Source: Chiloscyllium plagiosum (Eukaryota). From it: 34,354 nucleotides of DNA. The notes beneath the pieces were generated by a model, which was given only the letters and a program-made list of their open reading frames with translations, ran no database searches and had not been told where the DNA came from. The stretch is taken from the NCBI RefSeq assembly GCF_004010195.1, contig NW_025213596.1, positions 1 through 34,354 on the forward strand. Reading direction: 5' to 3'. The translations under genes and the position numbers were made by a program. Below are positions 1 to 12,293 of this stretch, one piece after another; position 1 is the first letter of the stretch, and each line of letters starts with the position of its first letter.

Positions 1-3000
1 CTCAGATACTGAGGACTGTATTCCACACCCCAATTACGCTCAAATACTGAGGACTGTATTCCACACCCCAACTACACTCAAGTACTGAGGACTGTATTCC
101 ACACCCCAACTACACTCAGATACTGAGGACTGTATTCCACACCCCAATTACGCTCAAATACTGAGGACTGTACTCCACACCCCATCTACACTCAGGTACT
201 GAGGACTGTACTCCACACCCCAACTACACTCAGATACTGAGGACTATATTCCACACCCCAACTACACTCACATACTGAGGACTGTATTCCACACCCCAAC
301 TACACTCAGATACTGAGGACTGTATTTCACACCCCAAATACCCTCAGATACTGAAGACTGTATTCCACTCCACAACTACACTCAGATACTGAGGACTGTA
401 TTCCACACCCCAACTACAGTCAGGTACTGAGGACTGTATTCCACACCCCAACTACATTCAAATACTGAGGACTGTATTCCACACCCCAACTACACTCAGA
501 TACTGAGGACTGTATTCCACTCCCCAACTACACTCAGATACTGAGGACTGTATTCCACAACCCAATTACGCTCAGATACTGAGGACTGTATTCCACACCC
601 CAACTACATTCAGATACTGATTACTGTATTCCACACCCCAACTACACTCAGATACTGAGGACTGTATTTCACACCCCAACTACACTCAGATACTGAGGAC
701 TGTATTTCACACCCCAAATACCCTCAGATACTGAAGACTGTATTCCACACCCCAACTACACTCAGATACTGAGGACTGTATTTCACACCCCAAATACCCT
801 CAGATACTGAAGACTGTATTCCACACCCCAACTACACTCAAATACTGAGGACTGTGTTCCACTCCCCAACTACACTCAGATACTGAGGACTGTATTCCAC
901 ACCCCAACTACACTCAGGTACTGAGGACTGTATTCCACACCCCAACTACACTCAGATACTGAGGACTGTATTTCACACCCCAACTACACTCAAATACTGA
1001 GGACTGTATACCACACCCCAACTACACTCAGATACTGAGGACTATATTCCACACCCCAACTACACTCAGATACTCAGGACTGTATTCCACACCCCAACTA
1101 CACTCAGATACTCAGGACTGTATTCCACACCCCAACTACACTCAGATACTCAGGACTGTATTCCACACCCCAACTACACTCAGATACTCAGGACTGTATT
1201 CCACACCCCAACTACACTCAGATACTGAGGACTGTAATCCATACCCCAACTACACTCAGATACTGAGGACTGTAATCCATACCCCAACTACACTCAGATA
1301 CTGAGGACTGTAATCCATACCCCAACTACACTCAGATACTGAGGACTGTAATCCATACCCCAACTACACTCAGATACTGAGGACTGTAATCCATACCCCA
1401 ACTACACTCAGATACTGAGGACTGTAATCCATACCCCAACTACACTCAGATACTGAGGACTGTAATCCATACCCCAACTACACTCAGATACTGAGGACTG
1501 TAATCCATACCCCAACTACACTCAGATACTGAGGACTGTATTCCACACCCCAACTACACTCAGATACTGAGGACTGTAATCCATACCCCAACTACACTCA
1601 GATACTGAGGACTGTAATCCATACCCCAACTACACTCAGATACTGAGGACTGTAATCCATACCCCAACTACACTCAGATACTGAGGACTGTAATCCATAC
1701 CCCAACTACACTCAGATACTGAGGACTGTAATCCATACCCCAACTACACTCAGATACTGAGGACTGTAATCCATACCCCAACTACACTCAGATACTGAGG
1801 ACTGTAATCCATACCCCAACTACACTCAGATACTGAGGACTGTAATCCATACCCCAACTACACTCAGATACTGAGGACTGTAATCCATACCCCAACTACA
1901 CTCAGATACTGAGGACTGTAATCCATACCCCAACTACACTCAGATACTGAGGACTGTAATCCATACCCCAACTACACTCAGATACTGAGGACTGTAATCC
2001 ATACCCCAACTACACTCAGATACTGAGGACTGTAATCCATACCCCAACTACACTCAGATACTGAGGACTGTAATCCATACCCCAACTACACTCAGATACT
2101 GAGGACTGTAATCCATACCCCAACTACACTCAGATACTGAGGACTGTAATCCATACCCCAACTACACTCAGATACTGAGGACTGTATTCCACACCCCAAC
2201 TACACTCAGATACTGAGGACTGTAATCCATACCCCAACTACACTCAGATACTGAGGACTGTAATCCATACCCCAACTACACTCAGATACTGAGGACTGTA
2301 ATCCATACCCCAACTACACTCAGATACTGAGGACTGTAATCCATACCCCAACTACACTCAGATACTGAGGACTGTAATCCATACCCCAACTACACTCAGA
2401 TACTGAGGACTGTAATCCATACCCCAACTACACTCAGATACTGAGGACTGTAATCCATACCCCAACTACACTCAGATACTGAGGACTGTAATCCATACCC
2501 CAACTACACTCAGATACTGAGGACTGTAATCCATACCCCAACTACACTCAGATACTGAGGACTGTAATCCATACCCCAACTACACTCAGATACTGAGGAC
2601 TGTAATCCATACCCCAACTACACTCAGATACTGAGGACTGTAATCCATACCCCAACTACACTCAGATACTGAGGACTGTAATCCATACCCCAACTACACT
2701 CAGATACTGAGGACTGTAATCCATACCCCAACTACACTCAGATACTGAGGACTGTAATCCATACCCCAACTACACTCAGATACTGAGGACTGTAATCCAT
2801 ACCCCAACTACACTCAGATACTGAGGACTGTATTCCACACCCCAACTACACTCAGATACTGAGGACTGTAATCCATACCCCAACTACACTCAGATACTGA
2901 GGACTGTAATCCATACCCCAACTACACTCAGATACTGAGGACTGTAATCCATACCCCAACTACACTCAGATACTGAGGACTGTAATCCATACCCCAACTA

Positions 3001-3466
3001 CACTCAGATACTGAGGACTGTAATCCATACCCCAACTACACTCAGATACTGAGGACTGTAATCCATACCCCAACTACACTCAGATACTGAGGACTGTAAT
3101 CCATACCCCAACTACACTCAGATACTGAGGACTGTAATCCATACCCCAACTACACTCAGATACTGAGGACTGTAATCCATACCCCAACTACACTCAGATA
3201 CTGAGGACTGTAATCCATACCCCAACTACACTCAGATACTGAGGACTGTAATCCATACCCCAACTACACTCAGATACTGAGGACTGTAATCCATACCCCA
3301 ACTACACTCAGATAGGACTGTATTCCACAGCCCAACTACACTCAAATACTGAGGACTGTATTCCACACCCCAACTACACTCAGATACTGAGGACTGTATT
3401 CCACACCCCAACTACACTCAGATACAGAGGACTGTATTTCACACCCCAACTACACTCAGATACTGA
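1..3466. repeat. 38-bp minisatellite (CTCAGATACTGAGGACTGTA[TTCCAC/ATCCAT]ACCCCAACTACA), ~91 units, runs off the left edge
   Basis: Unit 2 starts at 39. Units are variable over 1-~1225 and ~3310-3466 and nearly identical over ~1226-3300. Confidence 0.98.
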
Positions 3467-4040
3467 CGTTTCTTTTGTGAATGTATAAGAAAGCATTGGC
3501 CTGTGATTCTAATGAAAATTAAAGATAAAAAAGAAAGGGTGAACTGATGTTTTTACTTGTTTCAAGGGGAATAATTGCAGCTATCTGAATTGGCTCTGTA
3601 AAGTATTTGCATTTTTGAACAAACCATAAAACATTCCCAATAATGACATGGTTTCTTGTCACAACAAAAATCAGTTTTTGTTATGCTTTTAACCAGGAAC
3701 GTTCACATCGTCGTGTTTCTGGCCACTCTCGCCCCTGGGCTGCATGTTCCAATTTGTCACAGCTCACTGAGTTAAAGCCTTCCTCATCTCCTCTCTCTGT
3801 GGTTCTTTTGCTGGTTCTGATCCATTTTTGTCCCACTGGTTAGCAATCCTGCTACTGAAAACGGTTTCCACTTTCTTCCACCATCCAAACCCAGCATGGG
3901 TGTCACCACACAACCTCTCTGCCATCAGAATAACCACAACATCTCCTCACCTGCCAGGTATGTGTCGGCTTCACTTACAATCCAGTGAGATTGTCAATCA
4001 CTGTAAGGCTCTGTTTTAAGCAACAATCAGACATACTCAC

Positions 4041-4271
4041 TTGGGTGTTTTCTGTCTTTCTGTGTGAGTCAGGCCCCACGGGTCAAGTCTCTGAGCTGTG
4101 TCTGCATCTCCTGGCCGTTCAAGGTCCGTGTTTCTGCTCTGAAGTTTGAGCTCGTTCTGTCACTTTGGAGGTTGGGGTTCAGACCGGAAAGGAGGGACAC
4201 TCAGCCTCTCAATTGGCTGGTCTCTCTCTCTCTCCGTCTCTCTCTCTCTCTCACACTCTCTCTCTCTCCAT
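4041..4271 (-). other. Candidate non-coding or 5'UTR exon
   Basis: Minus-strand acceptor TTGTCTTCCGCAG| at 4272 and donor CAA|GTGAGTAT at 4040. All three frames contain a stop. Confidence 0.35.
4221..4268. repeat. Interrupted (TC)n/(GA)n microsatellite
   Basis: Directly visible. Confidence 0.9.
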
Positions 4272-4720
4272 CTGCGGAAGACAATTTAACAATTTTTAGT
4301 TCAACAGCAGTTGAGTTTTTTTCTTGGAAAAGAGAACTGAAACTCCTTGAATCGAGTGAACATCGCTTTGTTTGAAAGAAAAACATTAAATATGAATTTA
4401 TATATGGGAACGATAACATTCATGGGTGCTCTGTAACCTGATTAACATTATCCCACATTCAACACTTTGCATCTCATTTGCAAAAGCTTGATATAATTTT
4501 CTTTTGTATCTTTTAATTTAGCGTTTTACACAAAGTTTGGGTATGATCTCAGTGTTAAACTTTAAAGAGGAACTCTGTTTGTATACATTACCACTCAAGC
4601 TATAAGAGGGAGATGGATTTGTGTCAATGCTCAGTCTGTTCCCCAGTCTGTGAAATAGTATTCACATGGTGGGTCACAGTCTGACTCTGGATGCAAGTAG
4701 ACAGACATTCACTTAGATAA

Positions 4721-4850
4721 GGAGAAAGTGAGGGCTGTAGATGCTGGAGATCAGAGTCGGGATTGTGGTGCTGGAAAAGCGCAGCAGGTCAGGCAGGATC
4801 CGAGGGGCAGGAAAATCAACGTTTCGGGCAAAAGCCCTTCATCAGGAATG
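4721..4850 (-). mobile_element. Short Penelope-derived element with hammerhead-like core
   Basis: Similar to copies at 16859-17002 and 21278-21372. Minus strand reads CTGATGA-AGGGC-TTTT-GCCC-GAAACGTT (4845-4818). Confidence 0.75.
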
Positions 4851-5349
4851 CGATCAAGCTCCAACATCAGGAATTCTCTTGGATAAGACAGTTTCACAAA
4901 TCTCCTTCATTTCACTGTTTTTGATTTTTTACACTGATATCAAACCAGGGTTGGATAACACTGCTCTAATCGTTCCTGGGTGATTTATATGTTACACAGA
5001 CTTCAACTGAATGCTTGAGAAGGTTGAGGGGACAGGGCAACGCTTGGGAGAAAAGAGTAGTCTTTTTAAAAACCACCAACACAAATAGGACCAAGTGAGC
5101 CCTTCTGCGCTGTCGGGCTTTCTACCCCAATGAGATTGGCACCCCAGACACAAAGGCAACTATCAGCTCATGTCTATGCAGCCCTTGTCCTGAGGTGTGG
5201 ACATCACCATTCTAGTGATGAGAACCTAAGATCATGACCAGATAACCCTGAGGGTGCTGTAACAGGGCTGGACGGAATCCAATATTGAACCAGACCTGAA
5301 AGGCACAAAGGGTTTCATCACACAAACACACACACGGTGATATCTTCAC

Positions 5350-5596
5350 CTTTTCAACTTGTTCATGACTTCTGTAACTATATCTGTGCTTGCTGAGGAC
5401 ACAAATTGTTCAGGTTAATCGTGCAGACCCGAACCTAAAATCACAGAGAGCTGTCGAGACATTCCCAGCAAACACAGGAAAGGGGATTTTAGTAAACAGT
5501 ACGGACTTTCATCAGACAGAGGGAAAGGACAGCAATCACCAGGGATGGAGCTGCGGGGATTTCAACACAGGGCCTTGTGAAGCTGCCACTGCGGAC
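5350..5596 (-). other. Candidate non-coding exon
   Basis: Minus acceptor TTGCGTTCTTTAG| at 5597 and weak donor AAG|GTGAAG at 5349. No recognisable protein. Confidence 0.2.
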
Positions 5597-5748
5597 CTAA
5601 AGAACGCAATTGGAATATTGTTTAAATAACGAGAAACTAAGGAACAGTGAGATATCATGATCCACGTTTACAGAGAAATAAACTGTAAGGGCCAGGCACA
5701 AAAAAATATTGGGAAAGGTGAATGGAATGTTGTTCTCAATAACGGGTA

Positions 5749-7500
5749 CTGGGATATAAACCGGGATCTGGGATATAAACCAGGGACTGGGATATAAACC
5801 AGGGACTGGGATATAAACCAGGATCTGGGATATGAACCAGGGACTGAGATATAAACCAGGGACTGGGATATAAACCAGGATCTGGGATATGAACCAGGGA
5901 CTGGGATATGAACCAGGATCTGGGATATAAACCAGGATCTGGGATATGAACCAGCAACTGGGATATAAACCAGGGACTGGGATATAAACCAGGGACTGAG
6001 ATATAAACCAGGGACTGGGATATAAACCAGGATCTGGGATATGAACCAGGGACTGGGATATAAACCAGGGACTGCGATATAAACCAGGGACTGGGATATA
6101 AACCAGGATCTGGGATATAAACCAGGATCTGGGATATGAACCAGCAACTGGGATATAAACCAGGGACTGGGATATGAACCAGGGACTGAGATATAAACCA
6201 GGATCTGGGATATGAACCAGGGACTGAGATATAAACCAGGATCTGGGATATGAACCAGGGACTGGGATATGAACCAGGATCTGGGATATAAACCAGGATC
6301 TGGGATATGAACCAGGGACTGGGATATAAACCAGGGACTGAGATATAAACCAGGGACTGGGATATAAACCAGGTTCTGGGATATAAACCAGGGACTGAGA
6401 TATAAACCAGGGACTGAGATATAAACCAGGATCTGGGATATGAACCAGGGACTGGGATATAAACCAGGGACTGAGGTATAAACCAGGGACTGGGATATAA
6501 ACCAGGGACTGGGATATAAACCAGGATCTGGGATATAAACCAGGGACTGAGATATAAACCAGGGACTGAGATATAAACCAGGATCTGGGATATGAACCAG
6601 GGACTGAGATATAAACCAGGGACTGAGATATAAACCAGGATCTGGGATATGAACCAGCAACTGGGATATAAACCAGGGACTGAGATATAAACCAGGGACT
6701 GAGATATAAACCAGGATCTGGGATATGAACCAGGGACTGAGATATAAACCAGGGACTGAGATATAAACCAGGATCTGGGATATGAACCAGCGACTGGGAT
6801 ATAAACCGGGGACTGGGATATAAACTAGGATCTGGGATATAAACTGGGGACTGGGATATAAACTGGGGACTGGAATATAAACTGGGATCTGGGATATGAA
6901 CCAGGGACTGAGATATAAACCAGGGACTGAGATATAAACCAGGATCTGGGATATGAACCAGCAACTGGGATATAAACCAGGGACTGGAATATAAACCAGG
7001 ATCTGGGATATGAACCAGCAACTGGGATATAAACCAGGGACTGAGATATAAACCAGGGACTGGAATATAAACCGGGGACTGGGATATAAACCAGGGACTG
7101 GGATATAAACCAGGGACTGGAATATAAACCGGGGACTGGGATATAAACCAGGATCTGGGATATGAACCAGCAACTGGGATATAAACCAGGGACTGAGATA
7201 TAAACCAGGATCTGGGATATGAACCAGCGACTGGGATATAAACCGGGGACTGGGATATAAACTAGGATCTGGGATATAAACTGGGGACTGGGATATAAAC
7301 CAGGGACTGGAATATAAACTGGGATCTGGGATATAAACCAGGGACTGGGATATAAACCAGGATTTCCAATATAAACTGGGGACTGGGATATAAACCGGGG
7401 ACTGGGATATAAACTGGGGACTGGGATATAGACCAGGATCTGGGATATAAACCGGGGAATGGGATATAAACCAGGGAATGGGATATAAACCGGAATCTGG
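5749..7500. repeat. 19-bp minisatellite (CTGGGATATAAACCAGGGA and variants), ~92 units
   Basis: Directly visible. It explains the long minus-strand LVYIPVPGLYPSPWFISQS-repeat ORFs. Confidence 0.97.
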
Positions 7501-7579
7501 GGGTTTCGAGGGGGGTTTACAGCGTCAGCTCTGAATCCCTTGCTCAACCGTATCCGGAGGAATTGTGTGAGGTTGTAGT

Positions 7580-7900
7580 CTCAGAGAAACAGTGGAGCTT
7601 CACCAGAGTGTTAGCAAGTGATCAATTCTGAGGAGAAAATGCACCAAGTAATCTTGTATTCACTCAAATATATTCAGTGAAGGGATGATTTGGTGATGGG
7701 TTTTAAAGGAAGTGACAGGATAATTGGGGAAAGAGTTTTCCGCTGCTGTGGGGGTTCAGAATAGAGAGGACAACATCTTAAACATGAGAGCTCAGGGACT
7801 CAGGAGAAATATAGGGAATATTTCCCAAATATGGTGGCTGGAGGATCTTAATCAACCCCAGAGGGGGAGGATCAGGCCTTGGCTTAACGTTAATGTTTTG
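7580..7900 (+). mobile_element. Highly degenerate CR1-type LINE 3' fragment
   Basis: Loose similarity to the CR1 ORF2 C-terminal region seen at 22165-22675. Confidence 0.45.
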
Positions 7901-8244
7901 TCTAAAAGCATAGTGTCTCTGGCAGTGTCACACTGCCTCAGCATCACACTCAGGGCTCACTCAGAGTGACTGATAGACCACGCTGGCTCATCCTCCACAG
8001 GGCAATGGTAGAGCTTGGAAAACACAGAAATCATGAAAGACGCAAGAGAAAGTAGGGACTGACATTTTGTGAGGAGATTATTGCACAGATCCTACCTCAG
8101 TGCTGACAGGAAAGTCACCCTCTTCAATCAATGTGTTGTTTCTGTGTTCAGCTTCTCCTGTTAAAGACATCACACCGTCAAGAGCATGTTCCTCCACTCT
8201 GCTTGACGTCTTTCTCTTGCTTTCTCTCTCTTTCTCTCACTTAC

Positions 8245-8365
8245 CCTGTCTCTTTCCCTCCCTCTGCTCGTTCGCTCTCTCTTGCTTGCTCTACTTCTCT
8301 TGCTCTCTCTGTCTCTCTCTTGCTGACTCCCTCTCTCTCACTTTCTCTCTCTCTCTCTCGCTCAC
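8245..8365 (-). other. Candidate first exon (purine-rich, non-coding) of an unidentified minus-strand transcript
   Basis: Consensus donor CAGG|GTAAGT with intron starting at 8244. Lies just downstream of the TATA-like box; TSS ~8365 is inferred. Confidence 0.45.
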
Positions 8366-8389
8366 AGTCTCGCTCCCTCTTGCACTGGC

Positions 8390-8590
8390 TTTATTTACAT
8401 ACTTTTGCCCTCAGAAGAAGTTCCTGTGCTGAGCCAGCTGATTGGCCTCTTGGCTGGCTGGTTGACCGAGATAAGGAGCACTGGGAGGGAGGGTGACGAT
8501 GGATGTTGCTGTGGTTTGGGTGGTGGGTCTTACTTCACTGCCACCCACCCTGGGGTGAGCTCACGATAACGAGAGACTCTCTCTATCTGT
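8390..8590 (-). promoter_or_regulatory. Putative erythroid-type Pol II promoter
   Basis: TATA-like TATGTAAATAAA (8401-8390), GGCCAATCAG CCAAT box (8445-8441) next to E-box CAGCTG (8435-8440), AGATAA (8469-8474), CACCC boxes (8491-8495, 8518-8550), AGATAG (8589-8584). Confidence 0.55.
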
Positions 8591-8914
8591 CGTCACCACC
8601 CTGTGCTCACTACCACTGAGACACAGCTTCCAGGAACTCACCATGTAGCAGGGGAACCTTCCAATGGGATCACTGACTGTATGGCTTACTTTGTGTGTTA
8701 CTGTGACAATATTGCTGAGTCAGGCATAGACTGATCTGGGATTGGGTTGAGGTATTGCTTGTATGAAGGAAGGGATCGACAGTTTGACCCTCCACATAAT
8801 CCCCTGCTCTAATATCCTTTCACTTCACATTTCCTTCCCATTAGACCCAGCCCATGTCACCAGCAAGACCAGGATTCTCTCCCCATCCATCATCTCCTTG
8901 ACACTGGGTGGTGT

Positions 8915-9110
8915 GGGTTCTGGTGGTGCATTGCTAATGTCCCTATCTCTGAGCCAGGAGGCCTGGATTTGATTCCCACCTGCTCCATCTCTCACCAGGA
9001 TGATTGAAATAGCGACCCTGGGTAGTGAGAGAGGAGTCAGCCATGTTGGAATGGGACTGGAGTCACAAGTGTACCCAGACTGGGATCTGGTCCTTCTCAA
9101 ACTGAACCAA
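8915..9110 (+). mobile_element. Degenerate tRNA-derived SINE
   Basis: Head GGTGGTGCATTGCTAATGTCCCTATCTCTGAGCCAGGAGGCCTGGATTTGATTCCCACCTGCTCC resembles the copy at 24421-24530, with A/B-box-like motifs. Confidence 0.55.
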
Positions 9111-9129
9111 TCAGAGCAGGAAAAGCCTA

Positions 9130-9800
9130 CCTGGCTAACATTCAACTTGATCCTGGTTCCCTGTCCCAGTCTATCTCCTGCCCTTTCCCCATTTCCCCTG
9201 AATCCCTAAAAAAAAATTTATTGATCTCAACGTACATTTCCAACAATGAGCAAAGCTCTCAGGTGAAGAATTCTAAAGGTTCACAGCCTCTTTATGAAGG
9301 AATTTCTCCCGATCCCGAGCCGAAATGATGCTCCTGTTGTGCTGAGAGGGTGTATGCTCCCAGAGTTTTAGTCACCACAGGATCTCACTGTCTACCCTGA
9401 CAAACCCCTTCAACATCTCGTCTCTTTTACTTTGATTATCATCAAAACTCCAGAAATTGTTGACTTCATTTATTGAGTCTCTCACCCAGGGATCAAATTA
9501 ACGAAACCTTTGGTGTGGCCCCATTACAAGAATATCTTTTATTAAATACACAACCAAAACCACACACACCATTCCAGATGCAGACCCCCAATCTGTGTAA
9601 AATTGCAGCAAAATATTCTTTAATCCTATACTCCAATTCCCTTGTATTAATGAACAACATCCCTTTGCCTTTCCCACATGTGAACCTTGCATTTCAAGTA
9701 TGAGTTCACCCAAATCCCTTTGCACACCAATGTTCACAAGTTTGACACCCTTGTGAATGTATATCCTGTTTTTCTGTTCCTACAGACTATGTGAATAATC
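9130..9800 (-). mobile_element. Degenerate CR1-type LINE fragment
   Basis: Loose similarity to other minus-strand CR1 3' ends in the window. Confidence 0.45.
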
Positions 9801-10371
9801 TCATGTGTGGGTGCCATGACAGTGCAATCTCCTCACAGCTCTGTGCTCTGTGCCATCAGCAAATCTCTGTACAATACACTCGGCTTCGGAATGAGGATTG
9901 TCAAAGACTGAGACGCCCCAACATCTGACCCTGACAGCTCCCCAAGGGTCACAGATAGCTGGCTCAGGAATTCATCATTCTGTTAACCAATCCCCTGCTC
10001 ACAGGATCCTTCATGTGTTTGGAAATCGAAACACCTATTGGTTACACTCTCAAAAACCTGATGGCTCTTTTGTCAATCCGACATTGACAGTGTGTAATGA
10101 GACAATGACATCTCGGGTTCATGCTGCCTGTTTGATGTCAATGTGTGACTGATCTCTGATATCAGACACACTGGCTCAGCTTCCTGGTTCACTCCCTCCC
10201 TCCCTGTTTTCAGGAGCTGTGCTACATTTAAATCTACTCTTCCACAATTTGGGAACATTGGGACATCAGAGCCTGTGCATTTGCTATCTCCTCGTTTCGA
10301 ATCCCGAATGTGAGTTGGAATCATCCAGCACAGAAAAGGCCCTTTTCCCCACTGAGTCTGATTGTCCAGGA

Positions 10372-10565
10372 CAGTCAGTTCTCATCTAACCCAACAGTTT
10401 CATTCTCAGGCGAACTTGCGTTATAAGAAAATCACACAATAGCCACACCATTTAACTAATATGTTATAGCCAATGCAGGTGAGGAAAGTTCGCATTCTGC
10501 AAATGATGGGTTTAAATTGCTCAATCGTGTTATCGCCGTTTCGCGTGTTAGAGCAGAACCAGCTG
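10372..10565. mobile_element. Tc1/mariner-pogo-type MITE remnant
   Basis: Imperfect TIRs CAGTCAGTTCTCATCTAAC / GTTAGAGCAGAACCAGCTG, followed by TA on the right. Confidence 0.5.
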
Positions 10566-10794
10566 TATGTTTATTTCTGCAGATTGGATTTGTCTTCAGT
10601 TCTTTCCTTTTACAGCTGCTCAATGACCTTCCGTGTCTGAATGCCATCTGAGCTTTATGCACATTCTGTTAGAGTGACAATCTGGAAAACTTGCCCCTGA
10701 ATCTCAGAGAAACTGCCTTGAGAGCAGGCAACATCTCAGGCAGCTTTCCTCCATCACCTTTCTCATTTCAACGTCCCTCCTATGAGTTATGTTT

Positions 10795-11120
10795 TTACTT
10801 TTTTTTCTTTCCTGGCACGTTGACCTCACCAGCATGGGACCCATCTCCAATTGCCCTTGGCCTAATTGCCCTATCTGAGGGACATTAACAGTCACCCACA
10901 TTCCTTGGGTCTGGAGTCATGTATGGACCAGTCAAAGTGAGGATGACAGATTTCTCTTTCTCAGGGGCCTCAGTAAATTTGGTCGGGATCTTGTGACAAT
11001 TAGAGATAGTTTCATGGTTACCATCATTGAGACCAGCGGAAATAAAACTCACTGGTGGCTGTGGGATTTGAACCCATGTTACACCCACAACTGTTAGCCT
11101 GGGTCGTGGAAACGTCATGA
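10795..11120 (-). mobile_element. tRNA-derived SINE, same family as 18945-19235 and 20975-21650
   Basis: Shared core GGGTCTGGAGTCA..GACCAG....GGATGACAGATTT and B-box-like GGGATTTGAACCC. Confidence 0.65.
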
Positions 11121-11271
11121 GTGTAGAGACATCATCACGATGCTCCAGTCTGCTCCTATAAGACCGAATACAGCAGGTGCACCAAAACATCATCGAGACA
11201 TTCAACAGGAAAACTGTCACCATACGAGAGAGCTTACCACCGAGTCCAAACTGGAAATCACACCACAATAA

Positions 11272-12293
11272 CACTGAGGGAGTGCCGCACTGTCAGAGGG
11301 TCAGTGCTGAGGGAGTGCTGTACTGTCAGAGGGTCAGTGCTGAGGGAGTGCTGTACTGTCAGAGGGTCAGTGCTGAGGGAGCGCCGCACTGTCAGAGGGT
11401 CAGTGCTGAGGGAGTGCCGCACTGTCAGAGGGTCAGTGCTGAGGGAGTGCNNNNNNNNNNNNNNNNNNNNNNNNNNNNNNNNNNNNNNNNNNNNNNNNNN
11501 NNNNNNNNNNNNNNNNNNNNNNNNNNNNNNNNNNNNNNNNNNNNNNNNNNNNNNNNNNNNNNNNNNNNNNNNNNNNNNNNNNNNNNNNNNNNNNNNNNNN
11601 NNNNNNNNNNNNNNNNNNNNNNNNNNNNNNNNNNNNNNNNNNNNNNNNNNNNNNNNNNNNNNNNNNNNNNNNNNNNNNNNNNNNNNNNNNNNNNNNNNNN
11701 NNNNNNNNNNNNNNNNNNNNNNNNNNNNNNNNNNNNNNNNNNNNNNNNNNNNNNNNNNNNNNNNNNNNNNNNNNNNNNNNNNNNNNNNNNNNNNNNNNNN
11801 NNNNNNNNNNNNNNNNNNNNNNNNNNNNNNNNNNNNNNNNNNNNNNNNNNNNNNNNNNNNNNNNNNNNNNNNNNNNNNNNNNNNNNNNNNNNNNNNNNNN
11901 NNNNNNNNNNNNNNNNNNNNNNNNNNNNNNNNNNNNNNNNNNNNNNNNNNNNNNNNNNNNNNNNNNNNNNNNNNNNNNNNNNNNNNNNNNNNNNNNNNNN
12001 NNNNNNNNNNNNNNNNNNNNNNNNNNNNNNNNNNNNNNNNNNNNNNNNNNNNNNNNNNNNNNNNNNNNNNNNNNNNNNNNNNNNNNNNNNNNNNNNNNNN
12101 NNNNNNNNNNNNNNNNGCGCCACACTGTTGGAGGGTCAGTGCTGAGGGAGTGGGCACTGTCAGAGGGTCAATGCTGAGGGAGTGCCGCACTGTCAGAGGC
12201 TCAGTGCTGAGGGAGCGCCACACTGTTGGAGGGTCAGTGCTGAGGGAGTGGGCACCGTCAGAGGGTCAATGCTGAGGGAGTGCCGCACTGTCA
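11272..12293 (+). repeat. 33-bp minisatellite (CAGTGCTGAGGGAGTGCCGCACTGTCAGAGGGT) spanning the assembly gap
   Basis: Units are visible on both sides of the N-run. Confidence 0.95.
11451..12116. other. Assembly gap (~666 N)
   Basis: N-run. Confidence 0.99.

Noticed and set aside
1..3466. CRISPR-like array (38-bp palindromic repeat)
   Set aside because: Units are head-to-tail with no unique spacers, there are no cas genes, and the context is vertebrate.
3858..3868. AAACCGTT on the minus strand resembling the miR-451 5' end
   Set aside because: Only 8 nt match, with no ACCATTACTGAG continuation or hairpin.
5597..7547. Long 240-501 aa minus-strand ORFs
   Set aside because: Translations of a 19-bp repeat, open in several frames with the same peptide.
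7920..7937. TGGCAGTGTC (miR-34-like) within palindrome GGCAGTGT-C-ACACTGCC
   Set aside because: Too short for a pre-miRNA, and the match ends after 10 nt.
11177..12275. 230-323 aa ORFs
   Set aside because: Artefacts of the N gap plus the minisatellite.
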